64,000 nt of DNA from Patescibacteria group bacterium (GTDB lineage: Bacteria > Patescibacteriota > Doudnabacteria > UBA920), in assembly GCA_013387205.1 (NCBI GenBank), contig WARV01000019.1, positions 3,642-67,641 of the forward strand. The letters run 5' to 3'. The translations under genes and the position numbers were made by a program. Shown here piece after piece: positions 27,808 through 37,262 of the stretch. Under the pieces are notes generated by a model that saw only the letters and a program-made list of their open reading frames with translations, was not told the DNA's origin and did not search any database. Position 1 is the first letter of the stretch; each line of letters begins with the position of its first letter.

Positions 27808-29460
27808 ATGTCCGTTCATAATTTTTTGCCAGGAACTGAAAAAGACCTTCAAAGGTCTTTGGATGACTTAAGCCGCAGGATGCAGGAAGACGAAGCTAAG
27901 GCTAAGGCTTCGGGTTTAGGCTTGCCTTACGTGGACTTGCATAATTTTCCCATAGATTTGAATGTGCTCGGGTTGTTTACCAAAGAAGAAGCGGAAAGCA
28001 GCGGAGCCGTGCCGTTTTTCAAGGATTTGACCGATTTAAGGATTGGCGCGACCGATCCGGAGAATCCGCTGCTTTTGGAGAAAATCGACGAGTTTTCCAA
28101 AAAACACAAAATCAGTTTGTACTTGATTTCCAAACCAAGCCTTGCCCAAGTCATGAAGTTTTACAGCAAAGTCCTGCGGCCTAAGCCTGGGCACGACGAG
28201 ACTGTTAGGGTAGAAACACAGGAAGAATATGGAAAAATACTCAAGCTGCTTGGGTCCGAAGAAGAGCAGGCAAAAAAAAGCGCCTCTGAACTTTTGGGGA
28301 TAATTTTCGGGGCCAGTATTTTTTTCAGCTCTTCCGATATCCATTTGGAGCCGGAAGATCATTTCGTCAAACTGCGCTACCGCATTGACGGCGTGTTACA
28401 GGACATGCTGCATTTTTCCAAAAGCCTGCAGCGCTCCATTGTTACCCGCATTAAAATAATTTCCAAGCTCAAGCTGAACGTGGAAAATGTTCCGCAAGAC
28501 GGCCGCATTACGTTTTATTATTTGGGAAAGCCCATAGATGTCCGCGTTTCAATTTTGCCGAGCGCTTACGGGGAGGAAATTGTCATGCGACTTTTGGGAA
28601 CCGGCGCGGTTAGCTTGAAACTTTCGGACTTAGGCCTGAGCCAGGATGACCAGGAAATCATAAACAGGCAGCTGGCCAAACCCAATGGCATGATAGTCAC
28701 CACCGGCCCGACCGGCAGCGGCAAGACCACGACTTTGTACGCGTTTATAAACGAACTCAACGAGCCTGGCGTAAAAATTATCACTTTGGAAGATCCGGTG
28801 GAATACAAGCTGGAAGGAATTGTGCAGACGCCAATCGACCATGGCGTGGATTTTGATTTTGCCAAAGGCCTGCGCGCAATTTTAAGGCAGGACCCTGACA
28901 TTGTCATGGTCGGCGAAATCCGCGACCAGGAAACTGCGGAAACTGCCATGCAGGCGGCATTGACCGGCCACTTGGTTTTGTCGACTTTGCACACCAATGA
29001 TGCGGCTGGCGCCATCCCGCGCTTGCTTAACATGGGAGTTAAGCCGTTTGTCATCGGTCCGGCGCTTTCGGCAGTTATTGCCCAAAGGCTGGTACGGAAA
29101 ATCTGCCAGAACTGCAAAACCAAAGCCGCGCTATCGCCGGCTGTAATGGAAAAAATCACTTTCCTGCTAAAGCAATTGCCAAAAAATAAAAAAGAAAAAT
29201 TGCCGAAAGCTTTGCAGTTTTACCATTCAACCGGCTGTGAGCAGTGTCATCATTTGGGATATAAAGGCAGGGTTGGCATTTACGAAGTTTTGGAAATTAC
29301 GCAAAAAGTACAGGATTTGATTATGAAAGATTCTGTCATGAGCGCGTACAAACAGGCTGGTGTTGGGCAAGGCATGATAACCATGGTCCAGGACGGGTTA
29401 CTTAAAGCCTTGGACGGAATTACGGATGTGGAAGAAGTGTTCAGGGTGGCAGGGGAGTGA
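27808..29460 (+). CDS. Type II secretion / type IV pilus assembly ATPase (GspE/PilB family)
   Basis: N-terminal GSPII_E_N-like domains, Walker A GPTGSGKTTTLYA, a Walker B region and a tetracysteine motif (CQNC...CEQC). Confidence 0.9.
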   Translation: MSVHNFLPGTEKDLQRSLDDLSRRMQEDEAKAKASGLGLPYVDLHNFPIDLNVLGLFTKEEAESSGAVPFFKDLTDLRIGATDPENPLLLEKIDEFSKKHKISLYLISKPSLAQVMKFYSKVLRPKPGHDETVRVETQEEYGKILKLLGSEEEQAKKSASELLGIIFGASIFFSSSDIHLEPEDHFVKLRYRIDGVLQDMLHFSKSLQRSIVTRIKIISKLKLNVENVPQDGRITFYYLGKPIDVRVSILPSAYGEEIVMRLLGTGAVSLKLSDLGLSQDDQEIINRQLAKPNGMIVTTGPTGSGKTTTLYAFINELNEPGVKIITLEDPVEYKLEGIVQTPIDHGVDFDFAKGLRAILRQDPDIVMVGEIRDQETAETAMQAALTGHLVLSTLHTNDAAGAIPRLLNMGVKPFVIGPALSAVIAQRLVRKICQNCKTKAALSPAVMEKITFLLKQLPKNKKEKLPKALQFYHSTGCEQCHHLGYKGRVGIYEVLEITQKVQDLIMKDSVMSAYKQAGVGQGMITMVQDGLLKALDGITDVEEVFRVAGE

Positions 29461-29499
29461 TTTCTACTAAATACTAAAAGATACGAAAAATACTAAATT

Positions 29500-29527
29500 A
29501 AAATACCGCTTGTTCAAGCGGTATTTT
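29500..29527 (+). terminator. Hairpin terminator AAAATACCGCTTG-TT-CAAGCGGTATTTT
   Basis: 13-bp stem followed by a T-run after the pilB-like gene. Confidence 0.75.
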
Positions 29528-29538
29528 AATTGTTACCC

Positions 29539-29567
29539 TTGACAAAATGGGCAAAAAGGTGTATAAT
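29539..29567 (+). promoter_or_regulatory. Perfect-consensus sigma70 promoter TTGACA-17-TATAAT
   Basis: Both hexamers match the consensus exactly and the spacer is 17 nt. ~175 nt upstream of the GC-rich gene at 29745. Confidence 0.65.
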
Positions 29568-29642
29568 AGCAAAACTATTATGCCAATGGCGTAGTAGTTG
29601 GTTTTTTGCCAAATTTAAGGGGGATATTAAAGAAGGAAAAAT

Positions 29643-29697
29643 ACTTTGGGCGGAAAAGCGCAGGGGTTAAATTGTCTTGCGCTTTTCCGCCCAAAGT
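29643..29697 (+). promoter_or_regulatory. 20-bp-stem hairpin in the 5' leader of the 29745 gene (ACTTTGGGCGGAAAAGCGCA...TGCGCTTTTCCGCCCAAAGT)
   Basis: Perfect 20-bp stem with a 15-nt loop. No T-run on the plus strand, so not a plain terminator. Confidence 0.55.
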
Positions 29698-29744
29698 AGC
29701 GGGCGCGAAGTTAACCGGGCAGCCCCCGGTAAAGGTGAAAGAAG

Positions 29745-30926
29745 ATGAAAAAGTATTTCTCAATCGTGCTTTTTGTGGTGGTTTTTACAGCCATCGCCGT
29801 AGCCCAGGAGACCACGGAACAGCGCCTTATGGCATTGGCGCGTAATGAAGCGGTGGTTTCGCAGATGGCTACTCGCGCCGCTAAAACGGCGCAGCCGCAA
29901 CCGCAGGCTATTAGCGTAACTTGCGACCAGCCACTGTTTTACGCGTCGCGTAGCACCGGCGACATCCGCACCTTGTGCGATGTTAACGGTGACGGCAAAG
30001 CCGACTTTGTCGGCAAGTTCTTCGACATTCCAAACGGAAGCGGGTATTTTGTGAGCGCCCTGTCATCGAATCGCGGCGGAAACCAGTTGTTTGCCGCAAC
30101 CGATGCCGGCAGCGTGTTTACACTTACAGATACGGATCGGAACGGTGTCGCGGACCCGCAATTCGTCCGGGAAAACCCTGGCCTGTCATACACCGAACGG
30201 TTGTTGCCGCTTTTTGACGGAACGATGAGTTACGTTTACACAGAGAACTCATCAACCGGCCGGTTTAATTTGTATAGGCTGGAGTCCACGCAGACCAGCG
30301 TGTCGTCAGGCGACGTGCCTAGGTACGCGCAACGCATTGCCGGATCTGTTATGGCCCGGGACGGCGTTTACACCATCGACACAGGAATGGATGCGGTGCG
30401 CAAAATCGGCTTCAATGGTGTTGGCTATCTTGACAACAAGAATAGCAGCAACGAAGTTTTATACAAAGGCGGCAGGATTACCAGCATTGCGCTGGACGAG
30501 AAGTTGGGATTGATGTTTGTCCTGCATGCTGGCGACTGTAACGACCAGCTGATTCCATCGGTTTCCGCCACTCCAGCGCCTTGCGCCGCCGCATCTGTGG
30601 TTGTGGTGAATTTGAACAAAGGTGTAATGGGGTCTGCAAGGGTTCTGGCAAACGGCCCGGAATTGAACGTGTATTATAGCTTCACCGCCCATTCAATGGT
30701 CGCGCGCAATGGCAAGTTGTATGTCGTCGTCAATAGCCCAGGAAACAACGGCCATTGCATTCTGGAATATCGGTATGACCAATTCAAAGGCCAGCCGGTA
30801 AACCCGGCGGTATTTGCGGATGCTGACCTGCTCGGAGAATGGGAATTTGTTGGCGCACTGTCGTTTTTCGACGGCGGGCCGATAAATAACAACGTTGCGG
30901 TTCCGGTAAATCCAGTAAATCCGTAG
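29745..30926 (+). CDS. Secreted protein with FG-GAP/Ca-binding-like DxNGDG repeats (GC-rich, probably horizontally acquired)
   Basis: Signal peptide. Repeats DVNGDGKAD and DTDRNGVAD. Local GC is visibly higher than in flanking genes. Confidence 0.55.
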   Translation: MKKYFSIVLFVVVFTAIAVAQETTEQRLMALARNEAVVSQMATRAAKTAQPQPQAISVTCDQPLFYASRSTGDIRTLCDVNGDGKADFVGKFFDIPNGSGYFVSALSSNRGGNQLFAATDAGSVFTLTDTDRNGVADPQFVRENPGLSYTERLLPLFDGTMSYVYTENSSTGRFNLYRLESTQTSVSSGDVPRYAQRIAGSVMARDGVYTIDTGMDAVRKIGFNGVGYLDNKNSSNEVLYKGGRITSIALDEKLGLMFVLHAGDCNDQLIPSVSATPAPCAAASVVVVNLNKGVMGSARVLANGPELNVYYSFTAHSMVARNGKLYVVVNSPGNNGHCILEYRYDQFKGQPVNPAVFADADLLGEWEFVGALSFFDGGPINNNVAVPVNPVNP

Positions 30927-30943
30927 TTTTCCTTCTTCTCGCG

Positions 30944-30979
30944 CGGGCGGTGATCGCAAGATTGCCGCCCGTGTTTTTT
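30944..30979 (+). terminator. Hairpin terminator CGGGCGG...CCGCCCG followed by a T-run
   Basis: 7-bp GC stem, TGTTTTTTA tail. Confidence 0.6.
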
Positions 30980-30995
30980 ATGATTGAAATTTTGG

Positions 30996-31038
30996 CAACA
31001 AGGGGCATCCTTGATCAGATCAAGGATGCCCCTTGTTG
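30996..31038. repeat. 43-bp near-perfect palindrome CAACAAGGGGCATCCTTGATC-A-GATCAAGGATGCCCCTTGTTG (AAGGATGCCCC family)
   Basis: Exact 21-bp arms. Shares the GGATGCCCC core with the hairpin at 27673. Confidence 0.85.
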
Positions 31039-31069
31039 AGTTGAAGTTTGTGTCGTAATAAAAATTTTA

Positions 31070-31098
31070 TGGACAAAAGCTGCAAAATTTGCTATAAT
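31070..31098 (+). promoter_or_regulatory. Sigma70 promoter TGGACA-17-TGcTATAAT (extended -10)
   Basis: Read directly. Upstream of the 31154 gene. Confidence 0.55.
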
Positions 31099-31153
31099 AT
31101 ATTTACACAATTAAATTTTTGAAACAAAAAAGAAAAATTTAAGAGGGAAAAAT

Positions 31154-31909
31154 ATGAATCCTTATACTTATCAGAGAAAAAGCCATCCAAAAAAGAAAAT
31201 GGCCAAAAGTGTTGCGCCCGGGTCTGCGATGTCTTTTATCAAGCATGTTGCCAATTACAATATCAGTCCGGCTATTGCTTTTTCATTCATTTTATTCGCG
31301 GCTTTTTCTTCCGTCTCTTTGACATTCGTGCTGTGGGCAGAAGCGCCTACCGTATATGATTCGCCAGTAACAGCGGTAAACGCCGTAAAATCATTTGCCA
31401 AAGCCGAAGGCGCAGTTTTAGGGCAAACAACGAAAGCTGATTTGAACAAAGTAGAATACCTGACTGTTCCGGGTAATAAGAAGCTTAAGTTAAAAATTCA
31501 AGCATCAAATTTTACGGACGGCAAATGGAGCTATAACGTATTTTGGAGCAAACCGGACGGACAAGGCGGCTCAATTTACATTAGGCCGTCTTACGATAAG
31601 AACAAAAACGTTTACAGTTTGGACAGTACTCAGGCTTTGGAAAAATATGGCAGCGGCAACATTACGACCGATGCGGTATTTATCCCAAGTACCAAATACG
31701 TTTTGGAGTTTTATTCCAAAGCTGATGGCAAAGGCAAGCTTCTCTTAAGGAAGTATTTTACAGCGGAAAAATCTCCTGTTGTTGAGGAGACGCCAAAAGA
31801 AAACATGGTTTTTTGCACCCAGGACGCAAAAATTTGCCCGGATGGGACAGCAGTCGGCAGGACTGGCCCCAAGTGCGAATTCGCCCCATGTCCGTCTACA
31901 ACAAAATAA
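31154..31909 (+). CDS. Membrane-anchored/secreted hypothetical protein with a Cys-rich C-terminus
   Basis: N-terminal TM/signal segment. C-terminal CTQDAKICPDG...CEFAPC. Confidence 0.5.
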   Translation: MNPYTYQRKSHPKKKMAKSVAPGSAMSFIKHVANYNISPAIAFSFILFAAFSSVSLTFVLWAEAPTVYDSPVTAVNAVKSFAKAEGAVLGQTTKADLNKVEYLTVPGNKKLKLKIQASNFTDGKWSYNVFWSKPDGQGGSIYIRPSYDKNKNVYSLDSTQALEKYGSGNITTDAVFIPSTKYVLEFYSKADGKGKLLLRKYFTAEKSPVVEETPKENMVFCTQDAKICPDGTAVGRTGPKCEFAPCPSTTK

Positions 31910-31924
31910 CATTAGATGAAATTT

Positions 31925-31957
31925 AACCCCGCCTTTCGCGAAGGGCGGGGTTTTTAG
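31925..31957 (+). terminator. Hairpin terminator AACCCCGCCCTT-TCGCG-AAGGGCGGGGTTTTT
   Basis: GC-rich stem plus T-run. Confidence 0.8.
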
Positions 31958-32044
31958 TCGACTATATAAAGGTTTTTGTTTATAATTAAACTAGTCCTAT
32001 ATGGTCAAAGAGCACCTTTGGCCAACATCAATAACACTATTTTT

Positions 32045-34864
32045 ATGGCCAAAACAGAAACACCAAAATACATGTTAGTTGACGGCAACGCGCTTATTCA
32101 TCGCGGTTATCACGCCATGCCCAATTTGTCCACGAAGAACGGCGAATTGACCGGCGCGGTCTACGGCTTTAGTTTGATATTGCTGCGTGCCATAGCCGAC
32201 ATTAAACCTACGCACATTGCCGTGACTTTCGATTTGGCTGCCCCGACTTTCAGGCATGTGGCTTACGCGGAATACAAAGCCACCAGGGTAAAAGCCGACC
32301 AGGAACTTTATGACCAGATCCCCCGGGTCAAAGAAGTGGTTAAGGCTTTAAACATCCCTATTTTTGAAAAAGAAGGCTACGAGGCCGATGACTTGCTGGG
32401 GACACTCGCTACGGATATTTGTAAGCACTGCAAAGGGCAGTGCGAAGTATTTATCGTTACCGGTGATTTGGATACTTTGCAACTGGTTAACGATTGCGTT
32501 AAAGTTTACACTCTTAAAAAAGGACTGGCTGACACTTTGGTTTACGATGAGCAGGCAGTAGTTAACCGCTATGGATTAAACCCTAACCAGATGGTGGATT
32601 ACCGCGCGCTTAAAGGCGATCCTTCCGACAACATCATTGGCGTAAAAGGAATTGGCGAAAAAACCGCGGCTGAACTGATAAGGAGATTTGGTAGCCTTGA
32701 TGAGTTATATAAGTTCGTTCACAAAGCTGCGAAGTCCCGTACCGAACCGCCAGGTTCTGGTACTGGGATTAAAGCCAAAAATAAACCAGAGGACATCAGG
32801 CCGAGAATTTTAGAGCTTTTGGAAAAACAGGAAGCTTCTGCCCGCCAGTCTTTTGAGTTATCCAGGATTATGTGCGAAGTGCCCGTAGAAACTAGTTTGC
32901 CCAAATACGAATTCGGCCAGGAAAATTTTGAAGCGGCTTTCAAGATGTTCCAGGATTTGGAATTTAAAAGCTTGATTGCCAAACTGCCGAAAACTTTTGC
33001 GCCAACGGTCAAGCCCGAAGAGTTTGAAGCGGCAGGCAGTACGGCAGAGCCTTTGCATAAAAAGCCGAGCAAGCAGAAATATATTTTGGTGGAATCGGAA
33101 AACCAGCTTAAAGAAGCATTGAAAGATTTCCATAAACAGCCGGAAATTGCCATTGATACGGAAACGGACAATGTGAATCCCATTGACGCCAAAGTCATAG
33201 GCGTATCTTTGTGCTGCATTGACGGCAGTGCTTACTATATTCCTGCGCCGCTGGCTTTGGAAAATCCTGAACTAAAAAAAATAATTGAAGGACATGCCAA
33301 AAAAGTAGGGCATAATTTGAAGTTTGATTATCTGGCTTTAGAAAATGCCAAGATTAATTTAGCCAGTTTGTCTTTCGATACCATGGTGGCTTCGTATCTT
33401 TTAAATCCCGGAACACGCCAGCACAATTTGGACGCTTTGGCTTTTAGCGAACTTGGCTACCATATGGAGCCGATTGAGGAACTGATTGGTAAAGGCAAAA
33501 AGCAGATAACTATGGACCAGGTGCCGCTGGATCGCGTGGCGCATCATGCCTGCGAAGACGTGGATATGACTTACCGCCTTAAGAGCCTTTATGAGCCGGA
33601 ACTGAAAAAATCCGGCTTGAGCGGGATCTTTTACAATATTGAAATGCCGCTCGTAGAAGTTTTAGCCAACATGGAAAGGTGGGGAATTGAACTCGATGTG
33701 GAGTTTTTGGCTGAACTGTCAGGCCAGGCTGAAAAAGAAATTAACAAACTGGAAAAAGAAATCCACGACTTGACCGGCGAGCCGGAATTGAATATAAATT
33801 CACCTTTGCAGCTAAAAAAAGTTTTGTTTGAAAAGTTAAAATTGGAGCCTGTTAATAACAGAAAAACGAAAACCGGCTTGTCCACTGCCGCTTCGGAACT
33901 GGAAAAAATTATTGGACAGCACCCGGTTATTGAAAAACTTTTGGATTACCGCGAGCTTTCCAAACTGCAGTCCACATACTTGTTGGCCATGTCCGAGCTG
34001 GTCAATAATAAAACCGGCCGACTGCACACTAGCTTTAATCAAACCGTGACAGCGACAGGAAGATTATCGTCATCTGACCCCAACTTGCAGAACATTCCAG
34101 TCAGGGGTACGGGTTTGGGCAGCCAAATTCGCAAGGCTTTTAAGCCGGCCAAAGGCTTTAAGCTTTTGTCTTTGGATTATTCCCAAATCGAGCTAAGGAT
34201 TGTGGCGCATTTGGCCCAAGACCAAAAAATGATGGCCGTGTTTAAGAACGAAGAAGATATCCATACCAAAACTGCCATGGAAATTTTTGGCGTTAAGGAA
34301 GAAGATGTAACCAAAGACATGAGGCGCGATGCCAAAACCATCAATTTTGGAATTTTATACGGCTTGTCGAGTTTTGGGTTGTCTAACCGGATTGGGCAGG
34401 TAAGCCGAGCCGAGGCTAAAGAGTTCATTAATAAATACTTTGCCGCGTATCCGAGAATTAACGATTATATAGAAAACATCGTCAAGGTCGCGCACGAACA
34501 GGGGTTTGTCACCAATGAGCTGGGCCGGGTCAGGAAGTTCCCCGAAATCCATGCTAGGCAGTGGGCGGTCCGGGCAGCGGCTGAGCGCGCAGCTATAAAT
34601 TTTCCCATACAGTCTTTGGCAGCCGACGTAATCAAGGTGGCCATGGTTGATATATATAAAGAAGTTAGAAGCAAGAATCAAGAAGTTAGGATGTTATTGC
34701 AAGTACATGACGAATTAGTTTTCGAAGTACGTGAAGATTTGGTGGAGTTTTACGCGAAGAAATTTATTCCTTTAATGGAGAACTCTATAAAATTATCAGT
34801 TCCTGTTAGAGTGGAAGCCAAGGCAGGGGATAATTGGGGAGAGATGGATCAGGTTAGTTTATAG
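32045..34864 (+). CDS. polA: DNA polymerase I (5'-3' exonuclease, 3'-5' exo-like domain, polymerase)
   Basis: N-terminal MLVDGNALIHRGYHAM FEN domain. Polymerase motif A (LSLDYSQIELR), motif B (RRDAKTINFGILYG) and motif C (QVHDELVFE). Start chosen at the internal ATG. Confidence 0.95.
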   Translation: MAKTETPKYMLVDGNALIHRGYHAMPNLSTKNGELTGAVYGFSLILLRAIADIKPTHIAVTFDLAAPTFRHVAYAEYKATRVKADQELYDQIPRVKEVVKALNIPIFEKEGYEADDLLGTLATDICKHCKGQCEVFIVTGDLDTLQLVNDCVKVYTLKKGLADTLVYDEQAVVNRYGLNPNQMVDYRALKGDPSDNIIGVKGIGEKTAAELIRRFGSLDELYKFVHKAAKSRTEPPGSGTGIKAKNKPEDIRPRILELLEKQEASARQSFELSRIMCEVPVETSLPKYEFGQENFEAAFKMFQDLEFKSLIAKLPKTFAPTVKPEEFEAAGSTAEPLHKKPSKQKYILVESENQLKEALKDFHKQPEIAIDTETDNVNPIDAKVIGVSLCCIDGSAYYIPAPLALENPELKKIIEGHAKKVGHNLKFDYLALENAKINLASLSFDTMVASYLLNPGTRQHNLDALAFSELGYHMEPIEELIGKGKKQITMDQVPLDRVAHHACEDVDMTYRLKSLYEPELKKSGLSGIFYNIEMPLVEVLANMERWGIELDVEFLAELSGQAEKEINKLEKEIHDLTGEPELNINSPLQLKKVLFEKLKLEPVNNRKTKTGLSTAASELEKIIGQHPVIEKLLDYRELSKLQSTYLLAMSELVNNKTGRLHTSFNQTVTATGRLSSSDPNLQNIPVRGTGLGSQIRKAFKPAKGFKLLSLDYSQIELRIVAHLAQDQKMMAVFKNEEDIHTKTAMEIFGVKEEDVTKDMRRDAKTINFGILYGLSSFGLSNRIGQVSRAEAKEFINKYFAAYPRINDYIENIVKVAHEQGFVTNELGRVRKFPEIHARQWAVRAAAERAAINFPIQSLAADVIKVAMVDIYKEVRSKNQEVRMLLQVHDELVFEVREDLVEFYAKKFIPLMENSIKLSVPVRVEAKAGDNWGEMDQVSL

Positions 34865-34955
34865 CTTTTAGTATTCAAAAAATCGGCAAAAGGCCTTCGC
34901 CAGCTGGCGAATTTTTGCTATGATATAGGAAAGGCAAACTTAAGACTTTAAAGTT

Positions 34956-35558
34956 ATGGCATTATCTACTTTTCATCAAAAACAAAAGAATTTAACGAGC
35001 GAAGAAATCCAAAGCCTTATTAGCAGGAGAGAGTTTGAGTTGGAGCAGGTGTTCCAGCAGGTCGAGGTTAAGTCGCCGAACACTCCGTTAAGGATTGCAG
35101 TGCTAGGCTGCGGGGATATTAGGATTGTCGACCCGTACAGGAAAATATTCGCCGGGCTTTTAAACAGGCAGGTCAGTATAAATATTTTTGACATTACGAT
35201 TGAACATTTAAAAGGCGAGAGCAATGTTTATGAATTTGACGCAACCCAGCCGGTGCCCGAAGGCCCTTATGATATTGCTTATGCCAACGAACTGTTAAAG
35301 TTCATTGAGACAGAAAGGCAGTGGTATGCCATTGAAAATTCCTACGGAGCGTTAAACGACAACGGCGTGGCTATCCATATTTTAGACAACCAGGATTTTG
35401 ACGAATCTATTCCTGCCGCAGAAGGGTTTTATAAAGTGCCTCTGGAAATGTGGAAGAGGAACATGTATATGCAGGGTATTCAATTTTACGAAATTCCGCT
35501 GTTTACCGGTCCCAAGAGAAAGGTGGAAGAAGCTTTGGCTTTAGTGCTGGTTAAATAA
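34956..35558 (+). CDS. Small class I SAM-dependent methyltransferase-like protein
   Basis: Motif I-like IAVLGCGD, then acidic FDIT, then YDIAYANELL, then LNDNGVAIHIL, in the order expected for a Rossmann methyltransferase. Confidence 0.4.
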   Translation: MALSTFHQKQKNLTSEEIQSLISRREFELEQVFQQVEVKSPNTPLRIAVLGCGDIRIVDPYRKIFAGLLNRQVSINIFDITIEHLKGESNVYEFDATQPVPEGPYDIAYANELLKFIETERQWYAIENSYGALNDNGVAIHILDNQDFDESIPAAEGFYKVPLEMWKRNMYMQGIQFYEIPLFTGPKRKVEEALALVLVK

Positions 35559-35642
35559 TATTTTAATTTTATCCACAATTGTTGACAAAAGGTGGACAAA
35601 CGTATACCATAATATTATAGATAATACTTAAAGTATACGCAT

Positions 35643-36656
35643 ATGCCAGAAACAAATATCAACGAACAAATAAAAGGCGAGATAATAATTTACAAAGCTG
35701 CCGAAGGCCCGGAAGTCTTAGTTAATTTTGATAATGATGATGTTTGGGTAACTCAAGCAGATATTGCCAATCTGTTTCAAACAGAACGAAGCGTCATAAC
35801 CAAACACGTCGGCAATATTTTTAAATCCGCAGAACTAAGCGAGAATTCAGTATGTGCAAATTTTGCACATACTGCCGCTGACGGAAAAACATATAAAGTT
35901 AAGTATTATAATCTTGATGTAGTAATTTCTGTTGGGTATAGGGTAAATTCAAAAAAAGCCACGTTATTCAGGAAATGGGCAACTCAGAAACTAAAAGAAT
36001 TGATGGTAAAAGGCTATACTGTCCAAGCAAAAACTTTGAAAGAGCAGCATAATTTCCAGTTAAAGGAATTACAACAGACGGTTAAGTTGTTCCAGAATGT
36101 TTTAGACCAGCAAAGGGCCGAGGGATACGAAAAGGATTTGCTGAATATTATTACGGACTACGCTGGAACGTGGGCGATTTTAAACAAGTATGACGAAGGC
36201 GAGCTGCGGATAGAAGATGTCACCAAAAAGACTGCCAAAAAAATCGGCCATGAAGAAATTGGGAAAATTATTGAAAAATTCCGGGCGCGGTTAGTTGCCA
36301 AAGGCCAGGCCAGCGGGTTTTTCGGACAGCAGTCCCCGGGCAAACTCCAAGCGGTTTTGGGTAGTATTTTCCAAACTTACGAAGGAAAAGAATTGTATCC
36401 GTCCTTGGAAGAGAAAGCGGCTCACTTGTTTTATTTCTTGATTAAAGACCATCCTTTTGTGGACGGTAACAAGCGGATTGCCTCTTTGGTGTTTTTGCTG
36501 TTCTTAGTTGAAAACCGGTTTTTAATAAACAGGAAAGGCGAGCGCAAAGTCAACGACAGCGCCTTGGCGGCGTTGGCATTGCTGGTGGCTGAAAGCAAGC
36601 CGGAGCAAAAGGATGTCATGGTCAAACTGGTAGTGAACATGATAAATAAAAAATAA
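35643..36656 (+). CDS. RhuM-family N-terminal domain fused to a Doc/Fic-family toxin domain
   Basis: N-terminal region resembles RhuM/KilA-N-like proteins (YKVKYYNLDVVISVGYRVNSKKATLFRKWA). C-terminal HPFVDGNKRIASLVF Doc-type motif. Confidence 0.65.
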   Translation: MPETNINEQIKGEIIIYKAAEGPEVLVNFDNDDVWVTQADIANLFQTERSVITKHVGNIFKSAELSENSVCANFAHTAADGKTYKVKYYNLDVVISVGYRVNSKKATLFRKWATQKLKELMVKGYTVQAKTLKEQHNFQLKELQQTVKLFQNVLDQQRAEGYEKDLLNIITDYAGTWAILNKYDEGELRIEDVTKKTAKKIGHEEIGKIIEKFRARLVAKGQASGFFGQQSPGKLQAVLGSIFQTYEGKELYPSLEEKAAHLFYFLIKDHPFVDGNKRIASLVFLLFLVENRFLINRKGERKVNDSALAALALLVAESKPEQKDVMVKLVVNMINKK

Positions 36657-36669
36657 TAAAATAATATTT

Positions 36670-36758
36670 AAAACCCGCCCTTCGACCTGTTCGGGTTTGC
36701 TCAGGGTCGCCTCGAGTGAAATCGAGACGGCGACAAGCTTGAGGGCGGGTTTTGTTTT
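36670..36758 (+). terminator. Extended nested stem-loop (AAAACCCGCCC...GGGCGGGTTTT enclosing GTCGCC...GGCGAC) plus T-run
   Basis: 11-bp outer stem with an internal hairpin, after the Doc-like gene. Confidence 0.6.
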
Positions 36759-36843
36759 GCCCTTGAAAAATACCTGTTTTTTTGGTAAACTCAAGCATCA
36801 GCCGTGTAAGCTGTTATTTTTATACCAACTTTTGGGAGGATTA

Positions 36844-37206
36844 ATGGCAAGCTTGCAGTATACATTTGAGTCTGTTCTGTTGGAGTTGCAGGACTGGTGC
36901 GATAAAATAAGGCAGATTGAGAAAGGTCTGCCAACTGGCGTACCAAGAAACCAAAGAACTGGGAAGCAAAAAAAGAAAATGAAACTGGGGCTGGATAAAA
37001 TCCGCAACCACATGCCTGAGTTCAATAAGATTTGCTTAAAGATAGAAACCCTGGCCAGAAACGGAGAAAATCCGTGCAGGATGGCGAGTGCTCTGGTGGA
37101 GTTTCGCGAAAAGCAGCGCGTGTTGGCCATGAACGGGGGAGATTCCAATCCTTTGACTAGATTCATCAACAGGCATTATTTCTCTCGGGAAACCGTTGCT
37201 GTATAG
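36844..37206 (+). CDS. Hypothetical protein (121 aa)
   Basis: ORF with a plausible start MASLQYT. No recognisable domain. Confidence 0.4.
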   Translation: MASLQYTFESVLLELQDWCDKIRQIEKGLPTGVPRNQRTGKQKKKMKLGLDKIRNHMPEFNKICLKIETLARNGENPCRMASALVEFREKQRVLAMNGGDSNPLTRFINRHYFSRETVAV

Positions 37207-37207
37207 C

Positions 37208-37262
37208 GCGGCGGCGCAAAGCTTGAAAGCGAGCGGTGGCTATTTGGGCCGCCGCTTTTTTT
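37208..37262 (+). terminator. Hairpin terminator GCGGCGGC...GCCGCCGC followed by T7
   Basis: 8-bp GC stem, long loop, T-run. Confidence 0.6.

Noticed and set aside
30996-31038. 43-bp palindrome as an IS-element terminal inverted repeat
   Set aside because: No transposase ORF lies nearby. It shares its core with a terminator hairpin (27673), so it is better explained as a member of a hairpin repeat family.
36697-36843. N-terminal extension of the 36697-37206 ORF
   Set aside because: It overlaps the nested terminator structure after the Doc-like gene. A plausible start, MASLQYT, lies at 36844.
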